A stretch of 64,000 bases of DNA from Diplonema papillatum (Eukaryota), in contig JAPJBO010000148.1 of the NCBI GenBank assembly GCA_030068145.1, positions 208,409-272,408 on the forward strand, read 5' to 3'. Position 1 is the first letter of the stretch; each line of letters begins with the position of its first letter. The notes beneath the pieces were generated by a model that saw only the letters and a program-made list of their open reading frames with translations, was not told where the DNA came from and did no database searches. A program made the position numbers and the translations under genes. Below, one piece after another: positions 56,791 through 64,000 of the stretch.

Positions 56791-58117
56791 TTTCTAGCGT
56801 TTATTGTGGTTTAGAGGTTCGGTGTTTTAGGGTCTCCGGTTGACCATTGAGGCTGTGAGGCGGGTGGTATGTGGGTAGTAGGTATGCTTACATACGGCTA
56901 GCCATGTTTGTAAGTGTTGCGACCGACACCAAGAAGAAATTCGCTTTGAATTTAGTCTTGGGCCCCCCACGCGCATGCATGTTGAGCAGGGGTTGCCATG
57001 CAGCTCGTATCGGTCTGTAATATGCGTTCTTACTTCCTTTGGGTTGAGGAGGACGTGCGGTGGGAGGGTCGGGTAGTAGAAAGAGAAGGTGAAGGGCTAA
57101 AAAAAAAATATTTCTTTTTGCGTAAGTGGCAACTGCTTGTTGTCCTCCGCAGTTAAGGTACTCTGAATGCACTCTGGCATCGTGGCTGGTTATCTGGTCG
57201 TAGCTCCTGGTTTGCGGTGTTTAGTTTTGCACCACGGTTTGTGGTGTCGTAGGCTTGTAAATTGTGGTTTGTTCGGTGTCTGTCCGTCGCTGTGACAGTA
57301 CGGGCAAATCTCCCTTTTGCCTGCTGAGCTTGCAGGCGTGGTGCTGTGGCGTGGTGGTGTGCGTCGTAGTTTCTTCTTGCAAAAACGCAGGTGGATGCTC
57401 AGGCCGTGAATGCCTTTTATTGCAGTGCCAGTTTTCGTCGTTCGTGTGTGGCAGTTCGGACATTGGAGTGCCTCCGTGTCGGGCGTGTGGCCCGGAGTAG
57501 GCTCTAGGCCACGCATTTCTTCGAGAATTTGTTGGGTTGGCGTGGCAGTGCCGCTGCTCTTGTCGGATGATGGGACGTCGGTGGTGGATTGAGAGCTGCG
57601 TTGTGCGGTTTCGTTCCCCGTGCGCGTTGGGGCCTGAAGTGCGGCGTGCGGTGTTGAGTTTGTCATTGCGTCGTCGTCGAGGTGGCAGGGAATCTTTGGC
57701 GCGTCTATTTCTTGTGCAAAATTGACTTTGGTGGCCAGATTCAGCTGTTTCATTGCCTTTCATGTAGGAAAGGGTAGCCAACATGCTCTTTTTCTCGTCC
57801 TTTTCCGCAATCGTGCGCTTTCTAGCCCACTCAAGGATTATCGACTTGTATCCTTTCCAACTCAACTCTGAGGCTGGCGGCATAGACTGAAGGTTTGCTG
57901 CTCATCGAAGTGCTTTTTCTACTTATTTGTGGACTCATCCTCGAACACTAGCTGCAATTGCGCTTCCCAGCTGTGGCTTCTCCCGCCGGATGCCCTCGGC
58001 CGCGCTCCTGTGCTGTGGCGGCTTGTGGCAACTCTTGACCAAGCCAACAAGTTTCTGCTATTTCCAGCTTCTTGTCCAGCTCGTCCGTTTTGATGTACTT
58101 CTTCATGATTCCTGGGG

Positions 58118-58607
58118 GGGGTCGAATACAAGAGGTACCTCTTGTATTCGGCGTGCTGATCCTGCAATTTTCCCGAAAAAAGAAATAGAAAACAGCACCG
58201 CAAACCCGGAACCCGCGGGAACTCCCTTCTTCTTGGAAGAGACGCACGTAATTTGTGGTCCCGTCTATTTGGCACGGTTCTCTTCATCGGAGCTGAACGC
58301 GAGCACATTCGCCGAAAAAGGTCTGCTACATGGGCCAGCAAAGAAATGTCACCAACCAGTGGGTCTATTCCCGTCCTTTCCATTGAAAATCTGTGGGTTC
58401 CACGCCCGGTGCCCCGCATCTGGCAAAGACCCACGAACCACGCACATGTTTTTTGGTCCCCGGGTCTATTTTTCACGGTTCTCTGCATCGGGATCAGAAA
58501 ATCGTCGAAAAGGTCCGTTATGCGGACCAAGGAAAAATCCAACCTTTTTCCAGATTTCCAAATTGCCTCTTCTATTCAAGGTACCTCCTGTATTCAACCC
58601 CCCCCAG
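58118..58607. mobile_element. MITE-like element (~490 bp) with TIR (G)n-TYGAATACARGAGGTACCT and an internal ~90-bp direct duplication
   Basis: Left end 'ggggggggtcgaatacaagaggtacctcttgtattcg'; right end 'ctattcaaggtacctcctgtattcaacccccccc'. Confidence 0.55.
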
Positions 58608-59709
58608 GCATCTTGTTAAGAACCATCCATCCATCCATCAGCCGGCTGACCCCCCTCCCCCCCCCTCAGGCTATTTTCACTGTGGAGGGGGGAGACGCTA
58701 CCTGTCACACTCTAAGGTGGTCACCACGGTGGGCAGTCAGAAAAAAAAAAATTTTTTTTTGCCCCAAATACCCCAAATACCACACTTTGGAAAAATTTTG
58801 TGGGCCCACTTTTGGCAGGTAATTTTGACCATTTCACCTTGGAGAATTTGACCACCCAGCCTCCAAGGCAACTGCACTGTAGAGGGGGGGGGGGGTCTAG
58901 TTTATCCGGCCAAAGTGGCTGATCCTTAACAAGAGCGCTGACCCCCCCCCCAGTAACTTGAGTTTTGACTCCTTCACCTAAGGCAATGCTTCGACTCCGG
59001 CGAACTCCGATGAACGGGGCTCCTTCAAAGACGAATCTGATGCTCGACTGTCTGCTCGTTCCAGTGCCATAGCGCTGTCGTGGCAATAATGTGATACACA
59101 AAACCTTACTCGAACTACTCGTCACTCGACACACCGAAGCAAACCCCTATGGATAAAAAACGATCGTTTTTTTCACGATCGTTTTTTTTTAGGCCAAAAT
59201 CACGAATTCTCGTAAACGATCGTTTCCAATCCGTGACCAGTGGCTTATATATGGGTCTGGTGCTCGGACCAAGTCCGAGCAACGAAAAAAAAAAAAAAGC
59301 ACAGAATGCCCCGGCTGAGGGGCCCAGTAGTAGTGCTACAGTACAGCAGTCACACTAGCAGTACACAGCACCGGTTACTGCACCTTTGGATAAGCAACGT
59401 ACAGCCTCAATTTTGGAACCTGCGACTGGCCCAATAGCTTGAAAAATTTTCCGCGCCTGCAGCGCTGGTATTTCTGGCTGTTTCATGACGTGTTGCCAAG
59501 AAAGCGAAGACCGCGGCTGTCCGCCGAGATTACCCCCTCAGGTGACCACTTTTTTAGCCATACTTCAACATTCTTGAATGATCCCGGCACACTGCTACAG
59601 TACCCCAACACTTGCCTTCTTCGCATGGCTCTTTTGCTTCCCGAAGGACAGTCTCTGTGGTGGACAGTAGTGACAACCACAAAAGAGGTGCACCCTGTTG
59701 GGTACATAA

Positions 59710-59895
59710 CATGCAGGGTCAAAACCTTGTGTCTTTTTAAAACGCTCCCGCGGGGCTGATGGAGCCCTAAAAAAAATTTTGGAAAAAAAAAAAATTTGCT
59801 CAACTTCCTCAAAAATTACTGCAGAGTTTGTTCCAAACTTTTAAAATTCAAAAACCCCAATTTTTTCCGTAATTTTTTTTTTTTGCCATTTTCCA
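59710..59895 (+). mobile_element. MITE copy 4 (3'-truncated), same subfamily as copy 2
   Basis: catgcagggtcaaaaccttgtgtctttttaaaacgctcccgcggggctgatggagccc… with no right TIR. Confidence 0.7.
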
Positions 59896-60652
59896 GGGGT
59901 TATTCTGCCCGCCAGCAAGGCCAAAAATGCTGGCGAAAAAATTTCTTCTGTCAGCGAGAAAATTTTTCTCGCCCTCACGTCGTACAGAGCCCGTCCACCC
60001 GCATCTGTCCTTCCATTCTGAGTCTTCGGCGGTTCGTGGTGCAAGGAGGAAGAGAGAGTCGGAGAATACGTGCGGTTGGTCTGGTGGAAGGGACGGGTAC
60101 AAGTTAACAAAAGAAGAAGTCAAGACAGGACAAGGAGGTGCAGCAAGGTTTCAGGGTAGTGTCAAGTCAATTTTGCGCTTTTTCGCTACCTTCTCCACCG
60201 GCTCAGACTCTCCAGCAAACCATGCTGCCCTTAGGGCTTCGGCTGCGAAGCCAGAAGTAAAAAGGTCGATTACCTCCTCCGCAGTCGCGTCGTCCATCTC
60301 CTTCTCATCGGTGTCTTCGATGAAAAAGAGGGCGCGCAGTGTCGTGTTCAGCATGCGGTTGCGCAGTCGGGTCTTTACACGGGCCAGGGTACTGAACTGG
60401 CGTTCACTTTCTGCAGAGGAACTGACAATGGTCTGTGCCAGTTCGACCAGTTGTCTCAATGGCTGCATGCGGGCACTCGCAGTGCCATCAGGGGCGAAGG
60501 CTTGATACACCGCGTGTGCATTTTTGGAGTATCTTGAGGCGCGTAGAACCTCCTTAAGTAGGGTCCAGTCTCTCACCAGGTCTGCCTCGGTCATTCCGTG
60601 CAAAAGGGGAGTGCCGTGGTCTGTCTTCGTTTCCGAGCGAGTGGTGCTGTAT

Positions 60653-60864
60653 CATGCAGGGTCAAAACCTTGTGTCTTTTTAAAACGCTCCCGCGGGGCC
60701 GATGGAGCCCTAAAAAAAAATTTGGAAAAAAAAAAATTTGCTCAACTTCCTCAAAAATTGCTGTAGAGTTTGTTCCAAACTTTTAAAATTCAAAAAACCC
60801 ATTTTTTTTCCGAAAATTGTTTTTTGGCCATTTTCAAAAAGACACAAGGTTTTGACCCTGCATG
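60653..60864 (+). mobile_element. MITE copy 2 (212 bp), flanked by GTAT/GTAT; abuts the 3' end of the hAT-like gene
   Basis: Complete TIRs are present. The transposase ORF reads through it for its last 24 codons. Confidence 0.8.
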
Positions 60865-63000
60865 GTATGTGGGTCGAGGCATCGTGTCTGTTGCTGGCAC
60901 GTCCACTTCATATTGTCGGTACGTGACCCGGCCGGGCTTGCTGTAGTATCTGTAGAGCTCCCGGATGTGTTCATCCCCCCAGTTTGTAAGGTGCGCGCCC
61001 TCTGGCCACGCAATGCGGTCAAAGACAACGAAGTGCCGAAGAACTTCCTTGGATTCAAACCGGACCGTTGTGGACTTGAGGAGTGCAGCAATGTATGGGG
61101 AGGCGATAGTCTGATGGAATGTGCTGAACGCTGCAGGGGTAACGGCAACGTTGGTCGCTTCGAAGAACGAACGGCGCCAGCAAGTGTAGTATTTCGTGAT
61201 CTTTTTGGCCCTTTCTTCCGAGCTTAGTGCCCTCAATTCTGCTTCGAGCGAGTCCACTTCTCTGCAAACATCCGAGATGGTGGTCGCGGTTCCTTGGAAA
61301 ACAAGAGAGATTGCATGCAGCTTTTCCAGAACGTCACACGCAAGTGCAAGACATGCAAAAAATTGCGGCTTACTCACCTCTTTGTACAGGTGCTCTGCGT
61401 GGGTGCTGTTCCGCTCGTTCCAGATGCGTCTAAGGGCTTCGCGTATTGCAGAATACTGCATACGGATGACAGAGACACTTCTCCAGTAGGCCAGCCAGCG
61501 TGTATCGGACGGCTCCACCAGGGCACGATTCACCTTCTCACACATCGCTGCAAATGTCGGGTCTGCGAATACGCTGCTCAGAAGTAGCTTGTTGATGTCG
61601 GAGTCGGAGAAGATCAGCCAAAGGGCGCGGACGGTTCTGAAGAAGTCTCCCATGAACGCAACTGCTTTTATGCCATCCTGGGCAAGGAGGTTGAGGACGT
61701 GGGCACAACACCACATGAAGAGCGCAGTAGCATTGATCCCACCGCGAACCTTCTTCTCGGCACCCTGAAACTTCCCAGACATCGCCGAAGCCCCATCAAA
61801 CGAGCAGGATACGAACGAGCCCTTCGGGAGATAACACAGCATCTGCTTTATCTTCGTTGCGTAGCCGGTTGCAGTTTGATCGTGCAGGACTTCAAGGCCA
61901 ATGAAGCGCTCTTGGACAGCATTTCTCCTGAGGTAACGAACGGTGGCCACAAGTTGGTGCTTTCCCGTCACGTCGGTTGTTGCATCTGCTGTGGCTGACC
62001 AAAACCGGGACTCCCTAATCTCGGTGTACAGCCGCTTCTCTAATACCAAGCCGATCAACTCCAGAAGCTCTCTCACCACAGTTGACGATGTATACGTCAC
62101 ATCCTGCTTCAGCCAAGCACAGAAATCGCGGTCCTGGTGCAAGCAAGAAAAGAAGGATAGCAAGTCGTGCACGTGCACCGTGTGGGGGATTTCCAGGCGT
62201 GCGATTTTAAAGATTGTTTTGACAATCTTGCGCAGTTGAGCCCGCATCTTACTGACACCTGAACGAAGGTTTGTCATAATGTCAGAGACAGAAACATGCT
62301 CGGCGGACGTTTCGTGCTTCTTCATGCGGTTTCGGAGGTGCGTTTGGTCGGCGTAAGGCATGTTGATGAGGACTGCTCTTGTACGCGGAAACTTTTGGCT
62401 GCAAACCTTGCACTGGGCCCCCGCATCTGACACATCGAGCCATGGATACTCGGCAAGCCACCTGTCAACAGTGGATCGCAGAATTTTGCCACTGCCAAAT
62501 GTACGAAACTTCGTGTTTTCTTCCGACTCAGGAGCGGGCTCGTCGTCAACAACAATCGGCTCAAATGCCACTGCTGAACCGGACAGGATCACGACCACGA
62601 CAGCTACTAAAGCAAGAACGGAAAGTCCGACAAGACTGTCATCATCTGGGTCCGACTCATACTCGGCAACAACCTCGTAGCCTTCAAATGCGGGGGGTTC
62701 AACTGCAGCAGGTGGTGTTGGGATGGCAACTTCTGCTTGAGCGGGCAGGTCTTCGGCTGATGTGCGAGCAGTGAGAGCATTCTCGGCGGCGATCTTCTTT
62801 TGAGCAGCATCGTAGGCCTTCACCTTAGCCAGCAACTCGGCGTTCTTCAGCCTGTTGCTGCCTGTCCCCTGGTTGATGCGCCTGAGGCTTGCTTGCTTCT
62901 CAAGCTTCGGTCCTCTCCAGTTCGCGTAGTCGAACTCGATGGTTTCGTCTGAGGGGCCACGTGCAGCGGCCGCACGGAAACCGAAACTCGCAAGCGACAT
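60865..63000 (-). CDS. hAT-superfamily transposase-like protein (DUF4371-type RNase-H-fold core + C-terminal hAT dimerisation region; CxxC zinc-finger motif CKVCSQKF)
   Basis: hAT hallmark blocks are present: …TADATTDVTGKHQLVATVRYL…, …MWCCAHVLNLLAQDG… and a C-terminal region. The ORF start in the track (63066) is the CATG of the flanking MITE; a more plausible start is the second Met (MSLASFGF…, ~63000). Confidence 0.65.
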
Positions 63001-63063
63001 GTTACTTGGTTTGGGTCTGGCTGACTTTGTGTTAAACAAGAAACAAGACAGTGTGTTTGTTAA

Positions 63064-63275
63064 CATGCAGGGTCAGAACCTTGTGTCTTTTTGGAAATGG
63101 CCAAAATTTTATTTCCAGAAAAAAAATGGGTTTTTTGAATTTTAAAATTTTGGAACAAACTCTGCGGTAATTTTTGCGGAAGTTGAGCAAAAAAAAAATT
63201 TGCCAAATTTTTTTTATGGGGTCCATCGGCCCCGTGGGAGCGTTTTAAAAAGACACAAGGTTTTGACCCTGCATG
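63064..63275 (-). mobile_element. MITE copy 3 (212 bp), flanked by TTAA/TTAA; abuts the 5' end of the hAT-like gene in inverted orientation relative to copy 2
   Basis: Complete TIRs; same subfamily as copy 1 (6539-6738). Confidence 0.8.
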
Positions 63276-63479
63276 TTAACCTCATCCTGAGTCCCTCTCA
63301 CAGCCTCCGCGGGCCCGCCTCTGCACTCGACTGTGCTGTTGCCCGGGACCTCTCGTGCATCACCCAGCCTCGGCCTCTGGCCTCGCCTGCCCTGTCTCGG
63401 CCTTCTCGGGCATCACCCAGCCTCGGCCTCCGGCCTCGCCTGCTGTCTCGGGGCATGTGTAAAGTATGCGTAGCATACC

Positions 63480-63720
63480 TATACTTAACATTGAACCGCC
63501 CAAAATCGTGGTTCAATGTTAAGTATAGGTAATTACCTATACTTAACATTGAACCGCAAAAATCGCGGTTCAATGTTAAGTATAGGTAATTACCTATACT
63601 TAACGCTGAACCCATACCTATACTTAACATTGAACCACAAAAATCACGGTTCAATGTTAAGTATAGGTAATTACCTATACTTAACGCTGAACCACCAAAA
63701 ACCATGGTTCAGAGTTAAGT
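63480..63720. repeat. Tandem array of ~60-bp hairpin units (CCTATACTTAACATTGAACC…GGTTCAATGTTAAGTATAGG)
   Basis: Four contiguous palindromic units with no unique spacers. Confidence 0.8.
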
Positions 63721-63859
63721 ATAGGGAATGAAAACTTGGGTTGAAAATTTTGTGTCAAAAATTGTAGATTTGAATTTTTTTGGGTTGAATTTGTTGTCAA
63801 AAATTTGGGTTGAAAACTTGGGTTGAAATTTTTGGGTTAAAATTTGGGTTCAAAATTTT

Positions 63860-63912
<53 letters not shown>
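63720..63912. repeat. (TTGGGTTGAAAA)-like degenerate tandem repeats followed by a (GT)26 microsatellite
   Basis: Visible in the sequence at 63858-63912. Confidence 0.85.
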
Positions 63913-63913
<1 letters not shown>

Positions 63914-64000
63914 ACTGGGGCAAACCCGCTCTGATCCACGCCTAGTGTCATGCGTGGGGACAAGGGTGACCAGTTTTCTGTCTAGGACCCTGTGAGGACC

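Noticed and set aside
60653-63275. A single autonomous element with 212-bp TIRs made of the two MITE copies
   Set aside because: The two flanking MITEs belong to different subfamilies (about 88% identical to each other, each closer to another dispersed copy). Each has its own 4-bp TSD (GTAT and TTAA). Independent insertions are more parsimonious. This is kept as a hypothesis in the findings, not as a feature.
63480-63720. Possible CRISPR-like array
   Set aside because: The units are contiguous palindromes with no unique spacers, and the context is eukaryotic.

Overview
The window is a GC-rich (~55-60%), extremely repeat-dense stretch of a eukaryotic nuclear genome. There are no prokaryotic operon structures, CRISPR arrays, rRNA genes or convincing tRNA genes. 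Spliceosomal GT-AG introns are visible, for example in the VIT-vWA gene and the PFK-2/FBPase-2 gene. Every protein-coding ORF I can support lies on the minus strand. These are PFK-2/FBPase-2 (split by about 5 kb of transposon-filled intron), a VIT-vWA protein, a PARP catalytic-domain protein, an STPG/SHIPPO 'PGPGxY' flagellar-repeat protein, tubulin-folding cofactor B, a proline-rich repeat protein and a DUF4371/hAT-like transposase. The rest is mobile-element and satellite sequence. It includes a compact (~4.7 kb) tyrosine-recombinase retrotransposon with ORF order gag-like / YR / RT-RNaseH and split direct repeats, which is a VIPER-like architecture. There is an LTR-like direct-repeat element whose repeats encode the conserved C-terminus of a Cys/His-rich 591-aa ORF, plus a solo copy with a 7-bp TSD. 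There is a ~200-bp MITE family (TIR CATGCAGGGTCAAAACCTTGTGTCTTTTT, 4-bp TSD) in four copies, two of which flank the hAT-like gene. There are tRNA-related SINE-like elements with 17-bp satellite tails. Several non-autonomous TIR elements have termini that abut C/G homopolymer runs. There is a foldback structure, 11-bp, 17-bp, 10-bp and ~400-bp satellite arrays, and several further interspersed repeat families. The ORF track appears to accept non-ATG starts (e.g. GTG at 5638-5640), so 'M' start positions are not reliable. The organism cannot be identified from sequence alone; the gene content (STPG, TBCB) fits a flagellated protist or alga.
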